This document shows, piece after piece, positions 7,460 through 16,561 of a DNA stretch of 41,845 nt. A program made the translations under genes and the position numbers. Position 1 is the stretch's first letter. Each line of letters opens with the position of its first letter. The DNA comes from a virus (lineage: Duplodnaviria > Caudoviricetes), in the IMG/VR virus record IMGVR_UViG_3300031576_000135, positions 1-41,845 of that record. One strand, given 5' to 3'. Under the pieces are notes generated by a model, which was given only the letters and a program-made list of their open reading frames with translations, did not search any database and had not been told where the DNA came from.

Positions 7460-10254
7460 TGCGCGGTATCGCCGACGGCGATTTCTGGAATCATGCCGAG
7501 AATGGTACAGGGCAGCGGGTCATCCTGCTGCGCGCAGACCTGCCCTGGGGTCTTCCAGGTCGATGGAATCAGCACCCGCTCATCGCCCGTGATCAGCTGA
7601 ATCGGCTGGCCTGGCAGTTGCGTCGTGCGTTCCTTGATCGCCACGAGCTCACCCGCCCCGAAACCAATCCCTATCTTGAGCCCGCGGGTGTTGTGGACCC
7701 GCACGGCAACGGCGGGAATCTTCACGCGCTTGGATTGCATGGTCGGCACGGTGCTGAGATCCACGTAGAGGGTCTGCAGCTGCGCGCGGTACGGGAGCCC
7801 GATGAAGATCGCGCTCGCTGAATGGGTGAGAGTTACGCCGATGAGGCCTGGACTGAGCGTCGAGACCACCTGCTGGGGTTCGACGCTGCCATCGGCCAAG
7901 ATCGACACGGTTTGCCCAAGCAGGTGATCGAGCCCGGTTACCGTCGTCACCGGCGCCGTCATGGACCAGGCACCCGAGAGTGCCGGCCAGACATCGTCCA
8001 GTTCGTTGATCACGTTGGCCGTGAGATGGGTCGAATCGGTGAAGGTGGTCACGATGGCGAGGCCGCCGTTCACGCGCAGGGCCTTGCCTACGTCGCCCGA
8101 TGCGAACGGCGTCCCTGCGCTCGCAATAAATCCAACCAGCCGCTGCAGGATCGCTTGCGCGGCGGCGCCAGCGCCCGTCGCATCGGTGATCACCATGGTC
8201 GGATTGGTGTAACCAATGCCTGGGGTGAGGACGTTGATCGCGGTGATGATGCCACCGCCGATGGTTGCGCTGAAGGTGGCGCCCGTACCTGTGGGGTCCA
8301 CCACCGTCACGGCGGTCGCCCCGGAATACCCAGAGCCGCCAGCGATCAAGTGCACGCTTGGAATGCTGGCTGGGGCCGTTGTCGCGGCTGGGGTCACCGT
8401 GGCGGCCGGGTAGGTGAGGGGGTACTCGAGCCCGCAGTCCACGAACCAGGCCTGCGATACGTCGTCATTGAACTGGCGGCTCGCTGCGCGCTCGATATAT
8501 TTCAGGTACTGGGCGCCGATCAGCCGCTCTATGATCGTGTAAACGGCATCCTCGGGTGGTTCGGAGACCGAGCAGATGCTCTTGTACTTGCCCAGCGTGT
8601 CGTGCTGCGCCCAAGCGTAGACGTCCTGCTCTTTGAGGTAGGTAAAACTGAGAAGCTTGCCGTCGTCCCGCACGCACCAGGCGATCTTGAAGGGTTCCTC
8701 CGCCCAGGCCCATTCGAGGATCTGGCGGCCATTGAATAGGTGGTTGGAGAGCACCGAGACATCGCGCGCCTCGGTGAAGCTGGTCGAGTAGACGTTGTAG
8801 GTCAGCGCGCGTACGACGCTCCCTTTCGCCTGCACGTAAAGGATGTCGTAGTTAATCGGGATCGGAGGCACATCCGAGCATCCGTTGTAGGCCTGGGGCT
8901 GCGCGCCCACATCGGCCGGGGTGACCGCGTTGCTGCCCTGGCCCGCGCTCACCGCCCAGGCTCCTGATGCTGTCAGCACGACGAGATTCGTCATCGGCAC
9001 CAGGTGCTTGATCGCGTTCACTTGGTTCGAGGCGAGCGTGATGTCGATCTCGTCGTCTTCCCTCGAGGGGATCGAGTAGTCGAGGTTCAAGAAGTCGCCT
9101 GATTTCGACATCCACAGGCGCAATGGGTAGAGCGGGGTCGCGGCGTAGCACTGGCGCTGCTGAAAGTAGGTCGAGCAGCTGGGGAAATCGGTGGCGAAGG
9201 GGTTATTGGCCAGGGGCGGCGTTTGCGTGAAGTCCGGGTTGATGTTCCGGTCATTGAAGGCGGTGCCGGTCGCGCTTCCCACGTAGCCATAAAGGACACC
9301 GGCGGGTGTTGCCCCGCCTGGGACCTCGGCCGCGCGGTAGATGTTATAGCTGATGGCGCCACCGACTGCGGCCCAGGTCACGCCCACGTTCGCGCCGGCG
9401 GTGGTGGACATGGTGGCCGACGCTGCAGTCGAGCCGATCGCGCTCGCCACGGATTTGGCGCCAGCGAGGTTGACCGCGGTGACCACGTAGGAGTAGGTGG
9501 TGGCTCCTGCCGCAGAGGGCGTCACGGTCGGTGTGCCTGCCGGGGGCCCGATCGCCGGCTGGAAGGTGATCGTGGTCAGGGTCCAGGCATAGTGCTGGGT
9601 CCTCGTCAGCTGGCGCGGCGCATAGCTGGGGTGGGTGATGGTCATCGTGTCCGCGCTCTGGGTGTATTTCAGGAGCGCGAGGTCGGCGGCGACGTAGGGG
9701 GTGGTGAGCGTGAAGACGCGCGCCATCGTGCCGCCCGCGGTGTAGGCCCCGTAGGCGGTCGTGTTGATGTTGACGCCGTCCAGATCGGTCAATTCGAACG
9801 TGTTCGCGCCCGCGTTCACGTTGGCCACGATCGCGGTCTTGCCGTTCAGCTGCGTCATCCCGCCGATACCCGTCAGGTACAGCCAGTCGCCGTTCGCTGG
9901 ATCCGCGCCTACGTAGGTGAGGACCCCGGGATTCGCCTGGCTGATGGCGCTGATCGCTTGGCTTGGCTCGGTCACGAGGCCGCCGTCGCGCACCACGCGC
10001 ATCTTGAGATTCGAGAAGATCAGGGCGTAGCCCTGCAGGGTGGAAAACTGGAAATTGATCGCCCGGTTGATGCCCGAGAGGCACCGGCCCACGAACATGG
10101 TGCCAGAGCGGTTCGACGCTCCGCCCCGGTAGTCGATGAAGAAATTGCGCAGGCGCGCAGCGCCGATGTGGTACTTGGTGAGGTCGACCCTCGCGTAGAG
10201 ACTCGGGCTTAACTCCCCTGCCGCGAAGCTGGGCTGGATGGTGGGCTGCGCCAT
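7456..10254 (-). CDS. Tail nozzle (tail tubular protein B, T7 gp12-like)
   Basis: QPSFAAGELSPSLYARVDL N-terminus, YFQQRQCYA, YLKEQDVYAWAQHDT, FVDCGL; 932 aa with beta-rich insertions. Confidence 0.9.
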   Translation of the reverse strand: MAQPTIQPSFAAGELSPSLYARVDLTKYHIGAARLRNFFIDYRGGASNRSGTMFVGRCLSGINRAINFQFSTLQGYALIFSNLKMRVVRDGGLVTEPSQAISAISQANPGVLTYVGADPANGDWLYLTGIGGMTQLNGKTAIVANVNAGANTFELTDLDGVNINTTAYGAYTAGGTMARVFTLTTPYVAADLALLKYTQSADTMTITHPSYAPRQLTRTQHYAWTLTTITFQPAIGPPAGTPTVTPSAAGATTYSYVVTAVNLAGAKSVASAIGSTAASATMSTTAGANVGVTWAAVGGAISYNIYRAAEVPGGATPAGVLYGYVGSATGTAFNDRNINPDFTQTPPLANNPFATDFPSCSTYFQQRQCYAATPLYPLRLWMSKSGDFLNLDYSIPSREDDEIDITLASNQVNAIKHLVPMTNLVVLTASGAWAVSAGQGSNAVTPADVGAQPQAYNGCSDVPPIPINYDILYVQAKGSVVRALTYNVYSTSFTEARDVSVLSNHLFNGRQILEWAWAEEPFKIAWCVRDDGKLLSFTYLKEQDVYAWAQHDTLGKYKSICSVSEPPEDAVYTIIERLIGAQYLKYIERAASRQFNDDVSQAWFVDCGLEYPLTYPAATVTPAATTAPASIPSVHLIAGGSGYSGATAVTVVDPTGTGATFSATIGGGIITAINVLTPGIGYTNPTMVITDATGAGAAAQAILQRLVGFIASAGTPFASGDVGKALRVNGGLAIVTTFTDSTHLTANVINELDDVWPALSGAWSMTAPVTTVTGLDHLLGQTVSILADGSVEPQQVVSTLSPGLIGVTLTHSASAIFIGLPYRAQLQTLYVDLSTVPTMQSKRVKIPAVAVRVHNTRGLKIGIGFGAGELVAIKERTTQLPGQPIQLITGDERVLIPSTWKTPGQVCAQQDDPLPCTILGMIPEIAVGDTAQ

Positions 10255-10255
10255 T

Positions 10256-10999
10256 TCATGTCACCAGCGACAGATTAGTCGGGCTGTTGAAGGTAATCGA
10301 GCCCGGCGGGTAGGCCCAGTCGCTGCAGTAGCCGCGCACACGGATCCAGTCTGGCACGCTGTCGATCACGGTGATGCCCTCGTTGCCGTTCGAGGCCCGC
10401 GCCTGCCTGGAAAGGGCGTCGGCGATCTTGAAGATGTCGCGCGCGATCTGCTTGTCGCCGGTCAGGTTGAAGCAGATACGGCTCGCCAGGTAGTAGGCGA
10501 AGGCGTCGACGAACACCGCATCAAAGAGATTCGGGTTGGTGATCCGCTTCGTGTAGACGAGGATCGCCTGGGGCTGGTTGGTGAGAATGACGTTCGTGTC
10601 GTTCCCGCCCGCGTCCGTGTCGGAGGAGAGGATGAAGTAGACCGGCGCCGTCGCCACGGCCTGGGTCGGCACGGTGCCTGGCACGACGCCCTGGGCGCTC
10701 GCCAACTGCGGGAGCACGTAACGGATCTGCAGGCAGTCTGCGGGGTAGGCGTACTCGTAGAGCCAGGGGGCTGGCGGTGGCGTGCCTCCCACCACGGTGC
10801 CGTCTTTTAGGAGTGCAGCGGTGCCCTGCTTTCGCGCGAAGTTCCAGTGCGCCGCCTGCAGGACGGCTTCCAGCGCCGGGGTGTAGTGCAGGCCGCAGGA
10901 ATTCGCCTCTACGCTCCCCTCGCTCAGGGCGGCGATGGATGAGCGCGAGCCCACCGCCGAGAGCGCCAGATTGCAGATGGCGACGTCGGATGTCGCCAC
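10256..10999 (-). CDS. Head-tail adaptor (tail tubular protein A, T7 gp11-like)
   Basis: VAICNLALSAVG...HWNFARK...YEYAYPADCL...FDAVFVDAFAYYLA. Confidence 0.85.
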   Translation of the reverse strand: MATSDVAICNLALSAVGSRSSIAALSEGSVEANSCGLHYTPALEAVLQAAHWNFARKQGTAALLKDGTVVGGTPPPAPWLYEYAYPADCLQIRYVLPQLASAQGVVPGTVPTQAVATAPVYFILSSDTDAGGNDTNVILTNQPQAILVYTKRITNPNLFDAVFVDAFAYYLASRICFNLTGDKQIARDIFKIADALSRQARASNGNEGITVIDSVPDWIRVRGYCSDWAYPPGSITFNSPTNLSLVT

Positions 11000-11002
11000 G
11001 GG

Positions 11003-11353
11003 TTACTTCTTCGCCGGGTAGAGGGTACCAGCCGCCTCTTTGAACGTTTGCTTCTTGCCGCCGTCGAGGCCCATGTCGGTGATCTGGATGTCGAGGGTGC
11101 GGCGCTTCTCGACGCCCTTCGCGGTTTCGAACTCGCGCTCAGAGGTGCCCACCACCTTGGCGACACCAAGCAGCTTGAAGACGGTGCCTGTCGGCGGCAT
11201 CTCCTTCATCCCGAGCGCTTCGAGCGTGCCGTCATCGAGGTAGAGGCTGGTGCCGTAGGGGTACTTGGGCTGCGAGGGCTCCGCAGGTGCATCCAGTGCG
11301 GCCATATTTTCTTCGCGCTTTTTCGGGTCGATCGCCAGATTGACGAGGTCCAT
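11003..11353 (-). CDS. Capsid staple protein, epsilon15 gp10-like
   Basis: YPYGTSLYLDDGTLEALG...LDIQITDMGL motif and position. Confidence 0.7.
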   Translation of the reverse strand: MDLVNLAIDPKKREENMAALDAPAEPSQPKYPYGTSLYLDDGTLEALGMKEMPPTGTVFKLLGVAKVVGTSEREFETAKGVEKRRTLDIQITDMGLDGGKKQTFKEAAGTLYPAKK

Positions 11354-11362
11354 GCTGGGCTC

Positions 11363-11836
11363 CTATTGCAGGCGGTACCAGGTCGAGTTGGCCGCCCGGT
11401 AGATCCAGGCTGCGGCGCCGTTCGCCGCGATCGTGGTGAGGGGGCCCTTGATCGACTGGCCGCCGTTTGGCGAAACAGTGAGCGCGGTCACGACCTGCGA
11501 GGACAGCAGGAAGGCGAATTGACCGTCTGCCGGCGCCGCGGGCATGGTCACGGTCCCGGTTGCGAGAAGGCCGGCTGGGTCAAGGAGCAGCATCCCGGTC
11601 GAGTTGCCGATCGTGATCGAGAACCCGGTGCTCGGCGTCTGATACGAGTAGCCGGTGTTCATCATCGGGCCGTTCAACGTCAGACCAGCGAAGGTCGGGC
11701 TCGAGGCCGTGCTCGTCGGCTGGCCGCCGGTACCACCCAGCACCTGGCACTGGGCTGGCTTGCCGAACGCCATCCCCGCAAGGAAGGCGCAAACGAGCCA
11801 GGCGAGGAATGCCTTCGTGTGTTCGAGCCGCATCAT
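11363..11836 (-). CDS. Beta-rich putative virion/decoration protein with a signal-peptide-like N-terminus
   Basis: ATGA overlap at 11836; MMRLEHTKAFLAWLVCAFLAGMAFGKPAQC|Q; ends WIYRAANSTWYRLQ. Confidence 0.65.
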   Translation of the reverse strand: MMRLEHTKAFLAWLVCAFLAGMAFGKPAQCQVLGGTGGQPTSTASSPTFAGLTLNGPMMNTGYSYQTPSTGFSITIGNSTGMLLLDPAGLLATGTVTMPAAPADGQFAFLLSSQVVTALTVSPNGGQSIKGPLTTIAANGAAAWIYRAANSTWYRLQ

Positions 11837-12228
11837 GTCGGCCTGTTTCCTCCAGAGATCCGATAGGCAATGGTGCCTGCGGCGTGGGCGGTGCAATTCA
11901 GCCGGTAGAGCATCCCGGGCTCTGGCTCACTGAAGACGACCGAGGCGTTTGCCGTGTAGCTCGCGGGGGTTCCCAGGGCGTCCGCCCCGCAGGTCACCCA
12001 CGTGGTGCCGCCATCGTAGCTGCGCTGCAGCAGGACCGTGGCCGTGCCGAACCCCGAGAGGAAAAGATTGAAGCTGCCAAAGAGCAGGAAGGATGCCGAC
12101 TGGCCGGTCGCCACGAAGGTGCCCTCGTACACCGTCGGGGCGAGCTCGATGCCGGTTGAGGAGGGCTTCGCCATGAAGACGAGCCCCAGTCTGGCCAGGA
12201 GCCAGAGGGTACGCTGGACAAGGATCAC
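11833..12228 (-). CDS. Small beta-sandwich putative head decoration protein with an N-terminal leader
   Basis: AAGGAGG-7nt-GTG; MILVQRTLWLLARLGLVFM leader; TVLLQRSYDGGTTW, YRLNCTA. Confidence 0.7.
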   Translation of the reverse strand: MILVQRTLWLLARLGLVFMAKPSSTGIELAPTVYEGTFVATGQSASFLLFGSFNLFLSGFGTATVLLQRSYDGGTTWVTCGADALGTPASYTANASVVFSEPEPGMLYRLNCTAHAAGTIAYRISGGNRPT

Positions 12229-12247
12229 GGTCTTGCCTCCTTCGCGC

Positions 12248-12667
12248 TTACCGTTGGGGCTGGAGTACCGTCGCGCCGGGCCCGACGATCGTGAGGGAAT
12301 CCACCGGGTTCAGGTTCCTCGAGGCCTGGTGCTGGTGGGTCTCGAACATCACGCGCGCGCACTCGTTCATGGGGACCATGTGCGGCCCGGGGATGCCCTC
12401 GTACTCGATCACGAGCGGCTTCAGATCGCCCGCATCATCGGTGCCGCGGGGGCGCCGGGTGATCGGGTGCTGGGGTTCAGCCGGATCCCAGAGCACGTCG
12501 CCGATGTAGGCTTTTTCGGTGAGCTCGTATTTGGGCTTCTCGCCGAATTGCGCGGTAAGGGCTGCCGCCTCGCGGCCTGGGATCAGCCTGGCTTTCGTCG
12601 CGCCCGCGCTCGCAGGGGCTGCGGTGGGGGCTGAGGCTGGTGCGGGTTTGGGTTGGGCCTTTGCCAT
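12248..12667 (-). CDS. Hypothetical head-module protein (resembles epsilon15 gp9)
   Basis: GGAG RBS before MAKAQPKP; PKYELTEKAYI...IEYEGIPGPHMVPMNECA. Confidence 0.6.
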   Translation of the reverse strand: MAKAQPKPAPASAPTAAPASAGATKARLIPGREAAALTAQFGEKPKYELTEKAYIGDVLWDPAEPQHPITRRPRGTDDAGDLKPLVIEYEGIPGPHMVPMNECARVMFETHQHQASRNLNPVDSLTIVGPGATVLQPQR

Positions 12668-12725
12668 GTGGTTCTCCAGTTGCCTGTGCCGGGATGCGCC
12701 CGGCGGCGCTACCGCCGGGAGGCGG

Positions 12726-13382
12726 TTATTCCTCGGTCCACTCGTAGCTGACGCCGAACTTCTCGCCTGCCGCGAGCGCGTGCCCGTTGCCGTTGACCGC
12801 GAGGAACTGAGTCGCGCCACGTAGCGTGATGCACTTCGCTGGCCGCGGCCCGCATTTATATTCCATGACTGCGGCTGCGCCGGTCGCTGGCGTCGGGATG
12901 TTGATGGTCCAGTCCACGGGGATGCCCACGACCGTGCCGACCGAGGCGGGGTTCGCGGTGTAGACGCCCGAGAGACCGTTGGCGATCACGGTGCTCGCAG
13001 CGTCGAGCGAGTCAAAGGGACCCGAGTGCGTGCCGTTGGCGAAGGCCGTGTTCACCGCGGACTGCGTGCCGCCTGATCGCAGCACGAGGCGATATTCGCC
13101 GATCGCGCCCGTGGTCGCCTGGACCGTGACGGTGATTCGCGTGATCTTCACCGTTTTCGTGGCTGAGCCCGCGAGCACCGCGACGTCGGTAGGGGTGGCG
13201 GCTGGCGTGTTGTTGCCGAGCGAGGCGAAGTAGCTCGCCTTCTGGCCCTCGACATTGACCTGGGCCGAGCCCATGAGATCGAGCGTGCTCGGGCCCGTGA
13301 TGCGATTGATGAATTGCGCCTGAGCGCCGGCCGCGCAGAGCGCGATCGCGGCCGCCAGGGCGATGTGCTTCAGGAATTTCAT
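12726..13382 (-). CDS. Beta-rich protein with a classical Sec signal peptide, inside the head module
   Basis: AAGGAG RBS; MKFLKHIALAAAIALCAAGAQA|QF; ends YEWTEE. Confidence 0.8.
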   Translation of the reverse strand: MKFLKHIALAAAIALCAAGAQAQFINRITGPSTLDLMGSAQVNVEGQKASYFASLGNNTPAATPTDVAVLAGSATKTVKITRITVTVQATTGAIGEYRLVLRSGGTQSAVNTAFANGTHSGPFDSLDAASTVIANGLSGVYTANPASVGTVVGIPVDWTINIPTPATGAAAVMEYKCGPRPAKCITLRGATQFLAVNGNGHALAAGEKFGVSYEWTEE

Positions 13383-13404
13383 GTCGTGCTCCTTCGATGA
13401 AGGG

Positions 13405-13433
13405 AAAATCCCGGGGCGATGATTTGCCCCGGG
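13405..13433 (-). terminator. Probable intrinsic terminator after the capsid and cement genes
   Basis: CCCGGGGC-AAATCATC-GCCCCGGG followed by ATTTT on the minus strand. Confidence 0.6.
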
Positions 13434-13453
13434 TCGTCCAGGCCCTCTGGGCC

Positions 13454-13987
13454 TTAGTTCGAGACCACCACGCCAGGCGGGTACGTTGGCGGGTTACTGT
13501 CCTGCGCGCCGCTCACCACCAGGTCCGCTTCGACCGTGCCAGCGGTGAAGGGGCCGGTTGCGACCACGTAGTTCAGGCGGTAGTACCTCGGGATCCCGGC
13601 CGATTGCGGCGCCTGCTGGGTGAGTGGCACTTCGATCGTCTGGCCGGCAGCGAGATTCGCCTTCGGGATGGCGTCGGTCTGCGCGAGCACTGCCCAGGCG
13701 GCGTTGTCGACCGAGCCCTGCAGCTGCACCTGCAGCGTGGTTGCGCCTCCCGAGGTGAGCGCAACGAGTACCGTCACGAGCACCTTCATGGCGAACTGCT
13801 CGCCCAGAGCCATGTCGCGCTGAGCGAGCATGTCCAGCACGTTGGTCGAGACCGCAGTCACGGTGATCGCCGTGCCGGCCGGGTCGAACTGCAGGTTCTT
13901 GTCCAGGATGATGGCGTGGACGGCGCCCCGGGCTTGCGCCCCCGCGAAGGCTGCCGCCACGAGGGCGGCGATGAGTTTGCGTTTCAT
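13454..13987 (-). CDS. Capsid cement protein (Bbp16 family) with an N-terminal leader
   Basis: AAGGAG-5nt-ATG at 13987; IILDKNLQF...STNVLD...TLQVQLQGSVDN...RYYRLNYVVATGPFTAG; directly after the capsid gene. Confidence 0.85.
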   Translation of the reverse strand: MKRKLIAALVAAAFAGAQARGAVHAIILDKNLQFDPAGTAITVTAVSTNVLDMLAQRDMALGEQFAMKVLVTVLVALTSGGATTLQVQLQGSVDNAAWAVLAQTDAIPKANLAAGQTIEVPLTQQAPQSAGIPRYYRLNYVVATGPFTAGTVEADLVVSGAQDSNPPTYPPGVVVSN

Positions 13988-14016
13988 GGCTTCTCCTTGA
14001 TGTTGGCCAGCGCGCC

Positions 14017-15126
14017 CTAAACCAGGCGCGCTTCGGTGGACAGGATCTGGTCGCAGGTCCTGACCGGCACCCCGCGGAACGTGGTGATGGGCTTGCCGTG
14101 CCATTCCCCGAGCGCTAGGAGGACGTTGGTCTTGTTGACCGCCTGGATGTCGAGGTAGGTACGGATCGTCCGGTTGGCGTAAAAGGCGCAGCGCCCGTAC
14201 TGCAGGGCTTGCGGCGCATCCGAGTCCTGCTCGGTGGAAAGCCCGACCGGCGCGGTGGGCAGCCGGTGCACCGCGCGGATGAGCGCGTTGATCAGATTCG
14301 CAGCCGAGCCGCCCGAGAGCAGCGTCACGTCGATGTTTGCGATCCTGACCGCGTAGCGCCAGTCCCTGACCGAGAGGCCCATGTCCCACTTGAACTGGGT
14401 GCGGTACCCCTGGTATTGGTTCGAGACCGCATCGAGCAGCGTCCACTCCCCCAGGTCCCTGTGCTGCAAGCCGCTGATCTGGCCCTTCGGGAAAAAGCCG
14501 TGCATCGTGTTCGGCCCCCAGCACACGAGCCAGATCGAGGTGTTGGTCGAACCCGTGCCCCCCGCATCGATCACGTTGGCTGCGGTCTGGGCCGTGGCGA
14601 TGAGCACCGTGTTGTAGCGCGGCGCAAAGCCCATAAAGCGCTCCGGGTTCACCTGGGTGTTCCCGTAGAACAGAGTGGCCGCCATCTGCTGGTTCATGCC
14701 CTCGAGGAAGGCCATGTCTTCCGACAGGCGGAATTCCGCGGTGTTGCCGTTGAGGTCGGCGAGCGACTTGTCGATCTCGCTGTAGACCTCGAGCATGCCG
14801 CAGGAGTCGATCACCTGGGCGGTCGTGCTCTTGGTCTTCGGCACGCCGTAGTTCAGCAGGCGCCAGGTGGCGCTCGGCAGGCCTGTGCGCACGGTCGTCT
14901 TGTGCCCGGTCGGCAGGTTCCCTTCGACGACGAGCATGTCATCGAGGATCTCGTTCGACTGGGAGAGCAGGTTGATGATGGTGGCGATCTTGCCGTCGTC
15001 ATCGATGCGCCGGGCCCAGTCCGCGTAGGTGAGGGCGGTGCCGCCGATGGTGGCCGCGTAGACGAGGCCGAGGCGCTGCAGGATGCCCTCGAAGAGCATG
15101 GCGAGCAGCTGGGTGAAGATGTTCAT
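14017..15126 (-). CDS. Major capsid protein (BPP-1 Bbp17 / epsilon15 gp7-like) with a 24-aa N-terminal extension
   Basis: LSQSNEILDDM, HKTTVRTGLPSATWRLLNYGV, IDKSLADLNGN, RLSEDMAFLEGMNQ, DWRYAVRIANIDV, ends TEARLV; AAGGAG RBS at the start. Confidence 0.95.
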   Translation of the reverse strand: MNIFTQLLAMLFEGILQRLGLVYAATIGGTALTYADWARRIDDDGKIATIINLLSQSNEILDDMLVVEGNLPTGHKTTVRTGLPSATWRLLNYGVPKTKSTTAQVIDSCGMLEVYSEIDKSLADLNGNTAEFRLSEDMAFLEGMNQQMAATLFYGNTQVNPERFMGFAPRYNTVLIATAQTAANVIDAGGTGSTNTSIWLVCWGPNTMHGFFPKGQISGLQHRDLGEWTLLDAVSNQYQGYRTQFKWDMGLSVRDWRYAVRIANIDVTLLSGGSAANLINALIRAVHRLPTAPVGLSTEQDSDAPQALQYGRCAFYANRTIRTYLDIQAVNKTNVLLALGEWHGKPITTFRGVPVRTCDQILSTEARLV

Positions 15127-15225
15127 CTGGATCTCCTTCAGGAAGTCATGGGGTTGGGCTCCTTTCGAGTGTTCTCGGTCCGGGTAGGCAGGGCGAGGTG
15201 TGTGCCGTCTTTGGACTCGATCGGG

Positions 15226-16236
15226 TTACTGTTGGTTGGCGAGTTTCGTCGCCCCTTGATTCGGATAGAGCACCGCCGCGGGGTTCTTGGGGTCTGGCGT
15301 CACGGCCGCACTGCCTGCCACGTGGGCCGGCTCGTTCACCGATTTCGCCAGGCGCGCCAGAAACCGGATGATCTCCGGGTGGTTGCCTGCTCCCGTGAAG
15401 TTGAAGGCTTCACGGATCTTGGCCGCCTCGGGGCCCCCGAACTTGTCGATCGCTTTAGCGATCGACGCCTTCATGGGCTCGTAGTTGGCGCCGCCGATCT
15501 CCTTGTCGCCCTTCACTTCCTGCTGCCACTTCGTCTGCGTTTCTTCCCACAGCTTGTACGGCTGGTTTGCCGCTTCCTGCAGGTCCTTGAAATGCTGGTC
15601 CACGAGGCTCTGTGCCGCCTCCTGGGTCATGCCGGCTGCGCCCGCGATCGCCTTGAACGATTCGAGTCCGGCTTTCGTCGCCGGTTCGTCGGCCTTCACG
15701 CCCTCGGGCAGCTTGAATTCGGTGTAGACGACCGGCGCTTTTGCGTCGAGGTCGAATTTCAGGCCCTTTTCCTGGGCTTGTTTCAGCGCCTCGTCGGCGC
15801 TCAGCTTGTCGATCTCGACCTGCTTGCCGCCCTTCTCGACCAGGTAGGCGCGGGCGTTGAGCACCGTCGCCGTGCCGAAGAGTTCGAGCGCCTTCGCGTC
15901 ATCGATGCCCTTCAGGTCCTCTGCATTCGAGACCGTCCGCGCGAGGCATGCCCGCGCCTGAGCACCCGTGGGCTTGGCTGGTTCGGCCGGCGCCGCGGCG
16001 CTGGCGACGATGTTCGCTTCCTTGCCGGCAGCTGCCGCCGGTGCCGCGGCGGCTGGTGCTGCTTGCGCAGCCGCAGGAGGAGCGGCTGGCTGGGGGGCGG
16101 CACCCCCTCCAGCGGCGGCAGCGGTGCCTTGAGTATCCACGAAGAGGCCGGGGCGCCCGAAGGCGTCCTCGATGATCATGCCGAGTGCGCTGCGGGCGAG
16201 CGGGGAAGCGTGGGTCCGGGTGCGTTCATTACGCAT
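15226..16236 (-). CDS. Capsid scaffolding protein
   Basis: Directly upstream of the capsid gene; Ala/Pro-rich N-terminus; GMTQEAAQSLVD, DKEIGG, TGAGNHPEIIRFL, C-terminal AAVLYP. Confidence 0.8.
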   Translation of the reverse strand: MRNERTRTHASPLARSALGMIIEDAFGRPGLFVDTQGTAAAAGGGAAPQPAAPPAAAQAAPAAAAPAAAAGKEANIVASAAAPAEPAKPTGAQARACLARTVSNAEDLKGIDDAKALELFGTATVLNARAYLVEKGGKQVEIDKLSADEALKQAQEKGLKFDLDAKAPVVYTEFKLPEGVKADEPATKAGLESFKAIAGAAGMTQEAAQSLVDQHFKDLQEAANQPYKLWEETQTKWQQEVKGDKEIGGANYEPMKASIAKAIDKFGGPEAAKIREAFNFTGAGNHPEIIRFLARLAKSVNEPAHVAGSAAVTPDPKNPAAVLYPNQGATKLANQQ

Positions 16237-16561
16237 TGCCTTCTCCCTCTTTGAGCATGGTCAGGTACTTGTCGGGGTAGTGCTTGGTCAGGTCGGCCTG
16301 GATGCGCAGGCCCACGTTCCTCTGGCCCTCGTTGAAAAAAGTGGTGCTGTTCCCGGTGAAGCTTGATCGGGAGATCCCGCAAAAGGCGAGCAGGTCCCAG
16401 AGGTACAGCCGCGCATCTGGTTGTTCGAGGATCTGCCGCAAGCCGTTCAGCCGCCGCGCTTCGTGTTGCTTGACACTGGCATTGCGCTCTCCGGCGCTCG
16501 CTGCATCGCCCAGGTCGACGATCTGCTTGACCGCCGCGGGCTTAGGCGCTGGCGCGTTCAT
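16229..16561 (-). CDS. Bbp19-like conserved phage protein
   Basis: ARLYLWDLLAFCG...TFFNEGQRNVGL motif, just upstream of the scaffold gene. Confidence 0.75.
   Translation of the reverse strand: MNAPAPKPAAVKQIVDLGDAASAGERNASVKQHEARRLNGLRQILEQPDARLYLWDLLAFCGISRSSFTGNSTTFFNEGQRNVGLRIQADLTKHYPDKYLTMLKEGEGNA

Noticed and set aside
13988-14524. 356-aa version of the cement protein, and similar long 5' extensions of terS, the peptidase and the resolvase in the ORF track
   Set aside because: The extensions overlap upstream genes out of frame; RBS positions and start/stop overlaps support the shorter starts
14209-16254. 681-aa plus-strand ORF and many other long antisense ORFs
   Set aside because: Shadows of GC-rich minus-strand genes; Arg/Gly-rich with no motifs
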